Source: Candidatus Binatia bacterium
GTDB taxonomy: Bacteria > Desulfobacterota > Binatia > UBA9968 > JAJDTQ01
Length of the DNA stretch: 64,000 nt
Assembly (NCBI GenBank): GCA_963666515.2
Contig: OY762897.2
Span: forward strand, 416,001-480,000
Direction: 5' to 3'
Part shown: positions 7,374 through 17,423 of the stretch, piece after piece
Layout: each line of letters opens with the position of its first letter
Numbering within the stretch: the stretch's first letter is position 1
Notes under the pieces: generated by a model
Told to the model about the DNA's origin: nothing
The model's input: only the letters and a program-made list of their open reading frames with translations
Database searches by the model: none
Program-made: the position numbers and the translations under genes

Positions 7374-10300
7374 ATGAGCTACCGAGAGCCGTTGCCCCCT
7401 GGATCTCAGCCGGCTGACTCCGCCGAAGCCCGCGCCGAGATCACCCGCGCCCTGCGGCTGGACCTCGTCGGCCCCGGCGCGGACGGCTATCTGAAGGACG
7501 AGCAACTGCCCGGCTGGGTGCGTCCGTCGAACTGGTATCTGAGCGGCTTCCTCGTTCCACGCCACGCTGCTTTTGGGCAACGCGCCGACGCGGACTCGGA
7601 CGACGAGATGGAGCCGGAGGTCTGCGAGGACATCGGCGCCGGCGACGACTCCAGCGAAGACCGGCGCGCCGCCAAGGCGGGGTTCTTCCCGTCGTCCATG
7701 GGTTTGAGCTTTCTTGCGGCTCCGGGTACCGGCCGTGTCGCCGCGGTGGTGCGCTGGGGTGACTACCGGAAGGTCGAGGGCAAGGTCTCCGCCGGAGAGG
7801 GAGATGAATCGCCGGACCGGTGGCAACGCACGCCTTGCGAAGCGCCCCTGTCCATCGTCCTGCCGGAAGACGATTCGCCGCAGCGCCTGCCCGTGCCCGG
7901 CTCCCGCGGCCTCCAAGTCCACGTCGTGGCCCGCACCATGGATGCCGGCCTCTTCGGCGGGAAGATCGCCCGGGGCACGCGCTCCGTTTCCGTATTCCTG
8001 GTGAATGACCGGGAGCCGGCCGAGGACGACCGGCGGGACGAGGCGTTCGCGTTTCAGGCGGAGATCGAACTGCGGTCCGACGTTCCCTTCGCCGTGCGGC
8101 CCGACCTCCGCCCGGTGTCCGGCGACAACTGGGATGAGCAGGTGGCCGACCTGCACTATGCCGACGTGCCCGAGTACGCCTCCGGCCACGGCGTGGCGGT
8201 GACCTGGGAAGTCCGGGGCGGCGTCTGCCGCACGTTGCGAACGGACTGGACGCCCGTGGCCGAGGTGGAGCATACCGAGCCGCTCATCCGCCTTGCGCAC
8301 ACCGAGCTGGACATGGCGGCGCTGGGCCGGCTCGCCGACGGCGAAGCCGCGCGGACGGCTCTCATGCCGCTGGTATCCAGGTACCGCGAGTGGATCGAAG
8401 CCCATGCGCTCGACGACCTCCCGGAACAACGAAAGGAAACAGCCCTGGAGTTGCTGCGCCGCGCCCGTCTGGCGGCGGGCCGCATGGAAAGGGGCATCGA
8501 GATGCTGGCTTCCGATGCCGACGTGCGGGACGCCTTCTGCATGGCCAACCGGGCGGTCGCCGGGGCGTTGGCGCGGCGCATCCAGGACCCTCCCCGCTGG
8601 CGCGCCTTCCAGATCGCGTTCGTGCTGCTGAACCTGCCCGGAATCGCCGACCCCACCGATCCCGAGCGCGAGATCGTGGACCTGCTGTTCTTCCCCACCG
8701 GCGGCGGCAAGACCGAGGCGTATCTCGGTCTGGCCGCGTTCACCATGGCGTTGCGGCGGCTGCGAAACCCCGCGGACGGCGTCCTCGCCGGCGCCGGGGT
8801 CAGCGTCGTCATGCGCTATACGCTGCGCCTGCTGACCCTGGACCAGCTCGGCCGCGCCGCGGCGCTGGTGTGCGCGCTGGAAATCGAGCGCCGGAAGGAT
8901 GCCGGCCGGTACGGCGCGTGGCCGTTCGAGATCGGCCTGTGGGTCGGCAAGGCGGGCACTCCCAACTGGCTCGGCAAGAAGGGCGACGGCAATTCGGACT
9001 CCGCGCGCGCCAAGGTCAACCGCTACAAGGACAACCCGCAGGCCCGGCCCATACCCATCCCGCTGGAGAACTGTCCCTGGTGCGCCGAGAGGTTCACGCC
9101 CGACTCCTTCACGCTGCTGCCGAACGCCGACGCGCCCGCGGACCTGCGCATTTCGTGCTCCAACTGGGAATGCGAATTCTCCGGCGACCCGCCGCTTCCC
9201 ATCGTTGCCGTGGACGAGCCCCTGTACCGGCGGCTGCCGGCCTTTCTCATCGCTACGGTGGACAAGTTCGCTTCCCTGCCGTGGGTGGGGCAATCCGGGG
9301 CGCTGCTCGGCGGCGCCGACCGCTTCGACGCCGAGGGGTTCTACGGCGCCGCCGACCCGGGGAGAGGGAACCGGCTCGCGGCGCCGTTGTTGCCGCCCGA
9401 CCTGGTGATTCAGGACGAGATGCACCTCATCTCCGGGCCGCTCGGCACCATGGCCGGCTTGTACGAGGCCGCCATCGAGACGCTGTGTGTGCGTGAGGCC
9501 GAGGGCCGGACCGTGAGGCCGAAGATCGTGGCCTCCACCGCCACCGTGCGGCAGGCGCACGAGCACATCCGGGCGCTCTTCGCCCGGCCCGACACCCAGG
9601 TATTTCCGCCGCCGGGGCCGGACCGCCGCGATTCGTTCTTCGCCCGCACGGTCCCAGCCGGCGAGAAGAACGCGCGCCAGTACGTCGGCGTCGCCGCCCA
9701 GGGCCGCAACCCCAAGGTGGTGATGCGCCGGGTGCTGCTGGCGCTGATGGCCGCGGCTGAGCGCATCTGGCGGGCCGCCGACGGCCCGCGCAACAAGCGC
9801 AACCCTGCCGACCCCTACATGACGGCTCTCGGCTACTTCAACAGCCTGCGGGAACTCGGCGGGGCGCGGCGGATCCTGGAAGAGGAAGTGCAGAACACGC
9901 TGAAGGGCTACAGCAACCGCAAACGCCTCAACGAGACGGCAAGCCTGTTCCGCGACCGCACGCGGTTCTCGGACGTGGTGGAGCTTACGTCGCGGGTCAG
10001 CGCCGACCAGGTGGCCGCGGCGCGCCGGCGGCTGGAACGTCCCTTTTTCGACGATGAGCACAACGAGCGGGTGGACTGCGCCATCGCCACCAACATGATC
10101 TCCGTGGGGCTGGACATCCAGCGGCTGGGGCTGATGGTCGTGAACGGACAGCCGAAGACCCACGCCGAGTACATCCAGGCCACCAGCAGGGTAGGGCGGG
10201 ACGACCGCCGCCCGGGGCTCGTGGTCACGCTCTACAACGTCCACAAGCCCCGGGACCGGTCCCACTACGAGCAGTTCCTGAACTACCACAACACCTTCTA

Positions 10301-10802
10301 CCGTTCGGTGGAGGTGATGAGCGTGACCCCCTTCGCCGCACGGGCGCTGGACCGCGGTTTTGCCGGTGCGCTGGTCGGCCTGGCCCGGCACGGCCGTCCG
10401 CGGATGACGCCGCGGGCGGGCGCGGAGAACGTCGAAGCGGAGCGCGCGGTGCTGGAGCCGCTGCTGCTCCACGCATTCGAGGAACGGGTGCGCGGCCAGC
10501 CGGTGCAGGACGACGCGGAGCGCGACGAGCGGCTGCGAAGCGTCCGGCGTCGCGTCGGCGACCTGCTCGATTCCTGGACCGCCATCTGGCAGGACTACCA
10601 TGCCACCGGCGCCGCCATGCAGTACCAGCGTTATGAGCGGGGCGGTGCGGGGAAACCGTTGCTCAGGGAAATGCTGGATGCGGAGTTCGAGTCGGAGCAC
10701 CACAGGAAGTTTCGCGCCAACCGCTCTCTCCGCGACGTCGAGCCCGCGGTGGACCTCCACGTGCAGGACCTTCCGGGCACTCTGGACGGGGGCGGCGGAT
10801 GA
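7374..10802 (+). CDS. drmA: DISARM SF2 helicase DrmA
   Basis: FPTGGGKTEAY, MRYTLRLLT, QDEMHL, ATNMISVGLD and QATSRVGR motifs. Overlaps a DUF1998 gene. Confidence 0.9.
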   Translation: MSYREPLPPGSQPADSAEARAEITRALRLDLVGPGADGYLKDEQLPGWVRPSNWYLSGFLVPRHAAFGQRADADSDDEMEPEVCEDIGAGDDSSEDRRAAKAGFFPSSMGLSFLAAPGTGRVAAVVRWGDYRKVEGKVSAGEGDESPDRWQRTPCEAPLSIVLPEDDSPQRLPVPGSRGLQVHVVARTMDAGLFGGKIARGTRSVSVFLVNDREPAEDDRRDEAFAFQAEIELRSDVPFAVRPDLRPVSGDNWDEQVADLHYADVPEYASGHGVAVTWEVRGGVCRTLRTDWTPVAEVEHTEPLIRLAHTELDMAALGRLADGEAARTALMPLVSRYREWIEAHALDDLPEQRKETALELLRRARLAAGRMERGIEMLASDADVRDAFCMANRAVAGALARRIQDPPRWRAFQIAFVLLNLPGIADPTDPEREIVDLLFFPTGGGKTEAYLGLAAFTMALRRLRNPADGVLAGAGVSVVMRYTLRLLTLDQLGRAAALVCALEIERRKDAGRYGAWPFEIGLWVGKAGTPNWLGKKGDGNSDSARAKVNRYKDNPQARPIPIPLENCPWCAERFTPDSFTLLPNADAPADLRISCSNWECEFSGDPPLPIVAVDEPLYRRLPAFLIATVDKFASLPWVGQSGALLGGADRFDAEGFYGAADPGRGNRLAAPLLPPDLVIQDEMHLISGPLGTMAGLYEAAIETLCVREAEGRTVRPKIVASTATVRQAHEHIRALFARPDTQVFPPPGPDRRDSFFARTVPAGEKNARQYVGVAAQGRNPKVVMRRVLLALMAAAERIWRAADGPRNKRNPADPYMTALGYFNSLRELGGARRILEEEVQNTLKGYSNRKRLNETASLFRDRTRFSDVVELTSRVSADQVAAARRRLERPFFDDEHNERVDCAIATNMISVGLDIQRLGLMVVNGQPKTHAEYIQATSRVGRDDRRPGLVVTLYNVHKPRDRSHYEQFLNYHNTFYRSVEVMSVTPFAARALDRGFAGALVGLARHGRPRMTPRAGAENVEAERAVLEPLLLHAFEERVRGQPVQDDAERDERLRSVRRRVGDLLDSWTAIWQDYHATGAAMQYQRYERGGAGKPLLREMLDAEFESEHHRKFRANRSLRDVEPAVDLHVQDLPGTLDGGGG

Positions 10803-12700
10803 ACGGCAACGAACGCGGGCAGATACGCCGCAGCCAGGTCATCACGACGTTCGGACCCGGCGCGCTGATCGACTTGCCGCGACATTCCGCCATCGTCGGC
10901 GGACTGGAGACCTGGAGCGAGGACCTGGAGGAAATCGCCGAGCCGCGGCTCGCGGCGAAGCTGATGCAGATGACGGGAGTTCCCCATCCCCGGCTTTACG
11001 CTCCGCCGCCGGAGCCCCAGAGTCCGCTGGAAAAGAAGCGCAGCATCGGCGGGTGGCGCTTCCCGGAGTGGTTCGTGGTGCAGGAGGGCAATTGGGACGG
11101 CCGGAACTCCCGCTCCCGGCGTCTCGTGCACCGCAAGGTGCTGAACCCCCAGGGCAAATTCGAGACTCCGGGCGACAGCGGCAGGCGCGTCAGGAACGAG
11201 GTGGTGGCCACCCGTTTCGTCCGCGCCTGTGCCCGAGGCCACGTGGACGACATCGACTGGTACGCCTTCGTGCACGGCGGCGCCGACTCATGCCGGCGGC
11301 AGTTGTGGCTGGACGAGCGCGGCACCAGCGGCGACCTGGCGGAACAGGTGGTCCGTTGCGAGTGCGGCAGGCAGCGGCGCATGTACGAGGCCGCGCGGCC
11401 GGAGGATTTCGCCCTGGGGGTTTGCAGCGGCGCGCGGCCGTGGCTGGGCCGCCACGCCAGGGAGGCGTGCGGCGAGCCGAGCCGGCTGCTGATCCGCACC
11501 GCGTCGAATGCCTGGTTCCCTCAGGTGGTGAGCGCGCTCTCGTTGCCGGACCGAGGCAGCCAACTGGACCAGGCGGTTGAAGCGGTCTGGGACCGGCTGC
11601 AGATCGTCGACGATGCCGCAACCCTCGCCGTCGTGAAGAAATACCCGGAGGTGGCGAACCGTCTGGCGCCCTTCCCGGACCAGGAGGTGCTGGACGCCAT
11701 CGCGGCTCGCCGCGCCGGAGGGGCCGATGGGTCGCGTCCCATCAAGCGCGCCGAGATGGACGTCCTGCTGGCCGCGGCCGAGGGTTATGGCGACGACGAG
11801 CCCGTCGATCCCGACTTCCACGCCCGCCGCCTGCCGGAGCGGGCTTGGCGCCGGTCGGGACGAATCGATGACCGTGACTACGATCCCCATGACCGGGATG
11901 AGTTGCCGGACTCGGCCTGGCGCCGTTCGGGGCGGTTTGACGCCGTGGAAGCGGTCATCCAGGTCCACCGGCTCCGGGAAGTGTTGGCGCTGGCCGGGTT
12001 CACGCGACTGGAAGCCGTGATGCCCGACGTGGACGGCGAGTACGATGCAACGGTCGAACGCGCCGACCTCGCGCGGGAGCCGCAGTGGTTTCCCGCGGTG
12101 GAGAATCGCGGCGAGGGCATCGTGGTGCAGCTCCGCGCCGAGACCGTGCGGGAGTGGCTGGCACGGGATGCGGTGAAAGCGAGGCTCGACACGCTGATGG
12201 CCGGACACGAGGCCTGGGCAGCGAAACGGAGCGGAAGGCGTTCCACGCCGCCGCAGTTTCCGGGCGGACCGTACGTGCTGCTGCATACGCTGGCGCACCT
12301 GCTGATTCAATCGCTGGCCTTGCGGTGCGGCTACCCGGCCGCTTCGATTCGTGAGCGCATCTTCGTCGATGACGCGGGCGCCCGGCACGCGTTGCTCCTC
12401 TACACAGCAACGCCGGACGCCGAAGGCACCCTGGGCGGCCTCGTGCAGCAGGCGCGCGACATCGAGGCGCATCTGCGCCAGTCCCTGGAAACGGGAGCGC
12501 TGTGCTCCAACGATCCGGTCTGCGCCGAGCATGTGCCCGGCGACAGCATGGAAGAACGCTGGCTCCACGGCGCCGCCTGCCACGGCTGCGCGCTGATCGC
12601 CGAGCCCTCCTGCGAGATGCGCAACGAGTACCTGGACCGCGCGCTGGTGGTGCCGACCCTCCAGGCGCGGGATGCGGCCTTCTTCAACGCGCCCGTTTGA
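10799..12700 (+). CDS. drmB: DISARM DUF1998 protein DrmB
   Basis: IRRSQVITTFGPGA N-terminus. LLHTLAHLL, EGTLGGL and CSNDPVC...CHGC...SCE...LDR. ATGA overlap with drmA. Confidence 0.9.
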   Translation: MNGNERGQIRRSQVITTFGPGALIDLPRHSAIVGGLETWSEDLEEIAEPRLAAKLMQMTGVPHPRLYAPPPEPQSPLEKKRSIGGWRFPEWFVVQEGNWDGRNSRSRRLVHRKVLNPQGKFETPGDSGRRVRNEVVATRFVRACARGHVDDIDWYAFVHGGADSCRRQLWLDERGTSGDLAEQVVRCECGRQRRMYEAARPEDFALGVCSGARPWLGRHAREACGEPSRLLIRTASNAWFPQVVSALSLPDRGSQLDQAVEAVWDRLQIVDDAATLAVVKKYPEVANRLAPFPDQEVLDAIAARRAGGADGSRPIKRAEMDVLLAAAEGYGDDEPVDPDFHARRLPERAWRRSGRIDDRDYDPHDRDELPDSAWRRSGRFDAVEAVIQVHRLREVLALAGFTRLEAVMPDVDGEYDATVERADLAREPQWFPAVENRGEGIVVQLRAETVREWLARDAVKARLDTLMAGHEAWAAKRSGRRSTPPQFPGGPYVLLHTLAHLLIQSLALRCGYPAASIRERIFVDDAGARHALLLYTATPDAEGTLGGLVQQARDIEAHLRQSLETGALCSNDPVCAEHVPGDSMEERWLHGAACHGCALIAEPSCEMRNEYLDRALVVPTLQARDAAFFNAPV

Positions 12701-12734
12701 GACCTCCGTTTTGACCTCCGATGGGCGACGTTAG

Positions 12735-12763
12735 TTGACACCCCTCCGCCCGTATACTACGCT
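12735..12763 (+). promoter_or_regulatory. Sigma70-like promoter of the nuo operon
   Basis: TTGACA-N17-TACGCT upstream of nuoA. Confidence 0.5.
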
Positions 12764-12817
12764 CCCATTCCAGCCTCCGCATGACTTTCCACACAAGACC
12801 GTGCGCGGCGATGCATC

Positions 12818-13219
12818 ATGGGTAGCGACACGCTCTGGCCGCTGGGCCTGTACTTTCTGATTGCTCTCGTGGTGGCCGGGAGCATGATCGGGTTGTCGTT
12901 CGTCCTCGGCGAACGGCATTCGGATCGTGCCACCGGGCAGCCCTACGAGTCCGGCATCGTCTCCACCGGCTCGGCCCGGGTGCGGCTGTCCGTCAAGTTC
13001 TACATCGTCGCGATGCTGTTCGTGATCTTCGACCTCGAAGCCGTCTTCATCTTCGCCTACGCGGTGGCGTACGAGGAGGTGGGCTGGCCCGGCTACGCCG
13101 GCATGGTGGTGTTCGTCGCGATCCTGGTGGTGGCGCTGATCTACGAGTACCGCATGGGCGCCTTGGATTGGGAGCCGCTTCGACTCAGGCTGGCCAAGGC
13201 CGGTCGGGAGAAAGGGTAG
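12818..13219 (+). CDS. nuoA: NADH-quinone oxidoreductase subunit A
   Basis: PYESG, FVIFDLE and GALDW motifs. Three TM helices. Confidence 0.95.
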   Translation: MGSDTLWPLGLYFLIALVVAGSMIGLSFVLGERHSDRATGQPYESGIVSTGSARVRLSVKFYIVAMLFVIFDLEAVFIFAYAVAYEEVGWPGYAGMVVFVAILVVALIYEYRMGALDWEPLRLRLAKAGREKG

Positions 13220-13228
13220 AGGGACCCC

Positions 13229-13858
13229 ATGCAATGGTCGTTGTCCAAGCCCAGGCCGGCCGAGCCGGAGAAGGGCGGCTTCGACGAAGCCATACGGAAG
13301 CTGCTGGTCATGGCCCGCCTGGAAGACTTGGTCCGGTGGGGGCGCAAGAACTCCATGTGGCCGTTCCATTTCGGGCTGTCCTGCTGCTTCGTGGAGATGG
13401 CCACCAGCCTCACCAGCAAGTTCGACGTGGCCCGCTTCGGCGCCGAGGTCATCCGCGGGACGCCCCGGGAGGCCGACGTCATCGTCATCGCGGGCACCCC
13501 TTTCATCAAGATGGCGCCCATCGTGAAGCGGCTGTACGAGCAGATGATGGAGCCCCGCTGGGTCATCTCCATGGGCGCCTGCGCCAACTCCGGCGGCATG
13601 TACGACATCTACAGCGTGGTCCAGGGGGTGGACAAGATCCTGCCGGTGGACGTGTACGTGCCGGGCTGCCCGCCCAGTCCCTGGGCGTTCCTGGAAGCGC
13701 TGACGCTGCTGCAGAAGGCCGTCGGCAACGAGCGCCGTCCGCTGAGCTGGATGGTGGGTCCCCAGGGCGTCGAGAAGGCGCCGATGGCGGCCATGCGGGA
13801 CGTGAAGCGGCCCGACCGCATCCGCGCAACCAGCCTGCGCTCCCCGGACGAAGTCTAG
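13229..13858 (+). CDS. nuoB: NADH-quinone oxidoreductase subunit B
   Basis: [17 protein letters not shown] and VPGCPP (N2 cluster ligands). Confidence 0.97.
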   Translation: MQWSLSKPRPAEPEKGGFDEAIRKLLVMARLEDLVRWGRKNSMWPFHFGLSCCFVEMATSLTSKFDVARFGAEVIRGTPREADVIVIAGTPFIKMAPIVKRLYEQMMEPRWVISMGACANSGGMYDIYSVVQGVDKILPVDVYVPGCPPSPWAFLEALTLLQKAVGNERRPLSWMVGPQGVEKAPMAAMRDVKRPDRIRATSLRSPDEV

Positions 13859-13860
13859 TC

Positions 13861-15609
13861 ATGAGTGATGCGCCCGCGGTGGTGACCGAGCTCGAAGGCC
13901 GTTTCGGCGCCGGCGCCTTCACGGCGCAGGAGACCCGGAGCGGCTTTCCGACCCTGTGGACCACCAGCGAGCGCCTGCCCGCGGTCCTCAAGTTCCTCAA
14001 GACCGAGGTGGACCGCCCCTTCGGCACGCTGTACGACCTCACCGCCATCGACGAACGCTTCCGCCAGCAGCGGGACGGCCAGCCCGACAGCGACTTCACC
14101 GTCCTCTACCACCTGCTGTCCTACGGGCGGAACGAAGACATCTGCATCAAGGTGCCCCTGGACGACGGCGACGCCTCGCTGCCCACGGCCACCGGCCTGT
14201 GGCCTTCGGCCAACTGGTACGAGCGCGAGGTGTGGGACATGTTCGGCGTTCGCTTCGACGGCCATCCCTCGCTACGCCGCATCCTCATGCCGCTCACCTG
14301 GGAGGGCCACCCCCTGCGCAAGGAGCACCCGGCCCGGGCCACGGAGATGGGTCCGTTCCAGCTTCCCGACGAGCGCCAGGACCGGGAGCAGGAGGCGCTC
14401 CGGTTCCGGCCCGAGGACTGGGGCATGAAGCGCACCCGCGAGGGCACGGACTTCATGTTCCTCAACGTGGGGCCGCAGCATCCCGGCACCCACGGCGTCA
14501 TCCGCATCGTCCTGCAGCTCGACGGCGAGGAGATCGTCGACTGCCTGCCCGAGATCGGCTTCCACCACCGCGGCGCGGAGAAGATGGGGGAGCGGCAGTC
14601 CTGGCACTCCTTCATCCCCTACACCGACCGCATCGACTACCTGGGCGGGGTCATGAACAACCTGGCCTACGTCCTCTCGGTGGAGCAGCTCGCCGGCATC
14701 GACGTGCCCGACCGCGCCCAGGTGATCCGGGTGATGATGTCGGAGTTCTTCCGCATCGCCAGCCACCTGGTGTGGTACGGCACCTTCGCCCAGGACGTGG
14801 GCTCCCTCTCCGCGGTCTTCTACACCTTCAACGACCGGGAGCGGATCTTCGACATCGTCCAGGCGGTGTGCGGCGGGCGCATGCACCCGAGCTGGTTCCG
14901 CATCGGCGGCGTGGCCCACGACCTGCCCAAGGGCTGGCAGGGGATGGTGCGGGATTTCATCGACTACCTGCCGGACCGGCTCGAGGAATACGACAAGATC
15001 GTGATGCAGAACCGCGTCTTCAAGGCGCGGACCCAGGGCATCGGCGCCTACACCGTGGACGAGGCCATCGACTGGGGCGTCACCGGACCGGGGCTCAGGG
15101 CCTGCGGCTTCGACTGGGACTTCCGCAAGAAGCGGCCCTACTCGGGCTACGACCAGTTCGAGTTCGACGTCCCCACCGCGGAGAAGGGCGACTGCTACGA
15201 CCGCGCGGTGGTGCGCATCGAGGAGATCCGCCAGAGCCTGCGGATCATCGACCAGTGCCTCAAGAACATGCCGCCCGGCCACTACAAGTCGGACCACCCT
15301 CTCACCACGCCGCCGCGCAAGGAGCGCACGATGCACGACATCGAGACGCTCATCAACCATTTCCTGAGCGTGAGCTGGGGGCCGGTGATCCCGGCCGGGG
15401 AATCGTTCATGGGCATCGAGGCCACCAAGGGCAACAACGGCTACCGGCTGGTGAGCGACGGCGGCACCATCCCGTACCGGGTGCGCATACGCACGCCGTC
15501 CTTCGCCCACATGCAGATGATCCCGCTGATGAGCCGGGGCACCATGGTGCCGGACCTGCTGGCGATACTCGGCAGCATCGACTTCGTGCTGGCGGACATC
15601 GACCGATGA
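13861..15609 (+). CDS. nuoCD: Fused NADH-quinone oxidoreductase subunit C/D
   Basis: [21 protein letters not shown] and DFVLADIDR. True start is ATG 13861, not 13168. Confidence 0.96.
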   Translation: MSDAPAVVTELEGRFGAGAFTAQETRSGFPTLWTTSERLPAVLKFLKTEVDRPFGTLYDLTAIDERFRQQRDGQPDSDFTVLYHLLSYGRNEDICIKVPLDDGDASLPTATGLWPSANWYEREVWDMFGVRFDGHPSLRRILMPLTWEGHPLRKEHPARATEMGPFQLPDERQDREQEALRFRPEDWGMKRTREGTDFMFLNVGPQHPGTHGVIRIVLQLDGEEIVDCLPEIGFHHRGAEKMGERQSWHSFIPYTDRIDYLGGVMNNLAYVLSVEQLAGIDVPDRAQVIRVMMSEFFRIASHLVWYGTFAQDVGSLSAVFYTFNDRERIFDIVQAVCGGRMHPSWFRIGGVAHDLPKGWQGMVRDFIDYLPDRLEEYDKIVMQNRVFKARTQGIGAYTVDEAIDWGVTGPGLRACGFDWDFRKKRPYSGYDQFEFDVPTAEKGDCYDRAVVRIEEIRQSLRIIDQCLKNMPPGHYKSDHPLTTPPRKERTMHDIETLINHFLSVSWGPVIPAGESFMGIEATKGNNGYRLVSDGGTIPYRVRIRTPSFAHMQMIPLMSRGTMVPDLLAILGSIDFVLADIDR

Positions 15610-15642
15610 GGAGCATCGCAGCGAAGCTTTGACGAGGTTCCC

Positions 15643-16122
15643 ATGTTGACGGAGCAGGAACGCGAGAGGATCAGGGAGGAGGCGGCCCACTACGACTACC
15701 CGCAGGCGGCGTGCGTGGAGGCGCTGAAGATCGTCCAGGAAGGGCGCCGCTGGGTGTCGGACGAGCATCTGAAGGAGGTCGCCGGGCTGCTCGACATGAG
15801 CCCGGAGGCGCTGGACAGCGTGGCCACCTTCTACAACCTGATCTTCCGCAAGCCGGTGGGGGAGAACGTCATCCTCCTGTGCGACAGCGTCAGTTGCTGG
15901 ATCATGGGCTACGAGGACCTCTGCGCCCACCTCAAGGCGCGTCTCGGGGTGGAGTTGGGGGAAACCACCTCGGACGGCAAGTTCACGCTGCTTCCCATGG
16001 CCTGCCTCGGCACCTGCGACCGCGGCCCGGCCATGATGGTGGGGAACGACCTGCACCGGAACCTCGACAACGACAAGGTGGACGAGATACTCGGCCGCTA
16101 CCGGCAGCCGCCGGAGGCTTGA
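15643..16122 (+). CDS. nuoE: NADH-quinone oxidoreductase subunit E
   Basis: CDSVSC...CLGTC 2Fe-2S ligands. Confidence 0.96.
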   Translation: MLTEQERERIREEAAHYDYPQAACVEALKIVQEGRRWVSDEHLKEVAGLLDMSPEALDSVATFYNLIFRKPVGENVILLCDSVSCWIMGYEDLCAHLKARLGVELGETTSDGKFTLLPMACLGTCDRGPAMMVGNDLHRNLDNDKVDEILGRYRQPPEA

Positions 16123-16131
16123 GGCGGACCC

Positions 16132-17418
16132 ATGGCGAACGGATCATCCTTGGACAAGCCCCTCACCGGGGACCTGAGATCGGACGGCGGCGTGCTGGAC
16201 CTGGCGGCCTACGAGAAGGCCGGCGGATACGAGGCGCTCCGGCGGGTGATGAAGGAGATGACTCCGGCCGACGTCCTGAAGGAGGTGACGGACTCCAGGC
16301 TCCGGGGCCGCGGCGGCGCCGGATTCCCCACCGGCCAGAAGTGGAGCTTCGTGCCCATGGGCGACAACGCGCCCACGCCCAAGTATCTCGTGGCCAACGC
16401 CGACGAGATGGAGCCCGGCACCTTCAAGGACCGCATGCTGCTGGAAGGGAACCCGCACCTCCTCATCGAGGGGATGATCCTCTCGGCCTACACGATCCAG
16501 GCCACCAACGGGTACATCTTCCTGCGCTGGGCCTACAAGCTGGCCGCGGAGCGCATCACCCGGGCCTTGGCCGAGGCCCAGGACAAGGGCTACCTGGGGA
16601 AGAACATTCTGGGCTCCGACTACAGCTTCGAGCTGCACCTCCACACCAGCGCCGGCCGTTACATGTGCGGCGAAGAGACCGGCCTGCTCAACGCGCTGGA
16701 GGGCAAGCGCGCCAACCCCCGGGCCAAGCCGCCGTTCCCCCAGGTGAGCGGCCTCTGGGGCAAGCCCACCATCGTGCAGAACGTCGAGACCCTGTGCAAC
16801 GTGGCGCCGATCCTGCGCAACGGCGCCCAGTGGTACCTGGGGCTCAGCCGCAGCGAGGACGGCGGCACCAAGCTCTACGGCGTGAGCGGCAAGGTGCGGC
16901 GTCCCGGCGCCTGGGAGCTGCCGCTGGGCACCACCATACGGGAGATACTGGAACGCCAGGCCCGGGGCATGCGCGAGGGCTACAAGTTCCGCGGCGTCCT
17001 CCCCGGCGGCGCCTCCACGGACTTCCTGGTCGAAGAGCACCTGGACACCAAGATGGACTACGGCTCGGTGCAGGCCGCCGGCAGCCGCCTGGGCACCGGC
17101 CTGATGATCGTCCTGGACGACAAGACCTCGGTGGTGGGCATGGTGCTCAACCTGGAGCGCTTCTTCGCCCAGGAGTCCTGCGGCTGGTGCACGCCGTGCC
17201 GTGACGGCCTGCCCTGGACCGCGCGGATCCTCCAGGGGCTCCTGGAGGGCCGGGGACGGCCCGGCGACCTGGAGCGGCTGGAGATGCAGACCCGCATGAT
17301 GGGGCCCGGCAACACCTTCTGCGCGCTGGCGCCGGGCGCCATGGAGCCGTTGCAGAGCGCGCTCAAGTATTTTCGCGAGGACTTCGAGAGGCTGATACCC
17401 AAGAGCGACGCAGCGTAA
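16132..17418 (+). CDS. nuoF: NADH-quinone oxidoreductase subunit F
   Basis: GRGGAGFPTG, ADEMEPGT, YMCGEET and ESCGWCTPC. Confidence 0.97.
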   Translation: MANGSSLDKPLTGDLRSDGGVLDLAAYEKAGGYEALRRVMKEMTPADVLKEVTDSRLRGRGGAGFPTGQKWSFVPMGDNAPTPKYLVANADEMEPGTFKDRMLLEGNPHLLIEGMILSAYTIQATNGYIFLRWAYKLAAERITRALAEAQDKGYLGKNILGSDYSFELHLHTSAGRYMCGEETGLLNALEGKRANPRAKPPFPQVSGLWGKPTIVQNVETLCNVAPILRNGAQWYLGLSRSEDGGTKLYGVSGKVRRPGAWELPLGTTIREILERQARGMREGYKFRGVLPGGASTDFLVEEHLDTKMDYGSVQAAGSRLGTGLMIVLDDKTSVVGMVLNLERFFAQESCGWCTPCRDGLPWTARILQGLLEGRGRPGDLERLEMQTRMMGPGNTFCALAPGAMEPLQSALKYFREDFERLIPKSDAA

Positions 17419-17423
17419 CGATC

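Noticed and set aside
7320-10760. 1146-aa antisense ORF over drmA
   Set aside because: Shadow ORF from high-GC codon bias, with no motifs. The plus strand has all helicase motifs.
12701-12720. GACCTCCG direct repeat right after drmB as an island boundary
   Set aside because: Too short, and no matching copy was noticed at the other side of the island.
13168-13860. N-terminal extension making NuoCD 813 aa
   Set aside because: It overlaps nuoB in another frame and is Arg/Gly/Pro-rich. The real start is ATG 13861.
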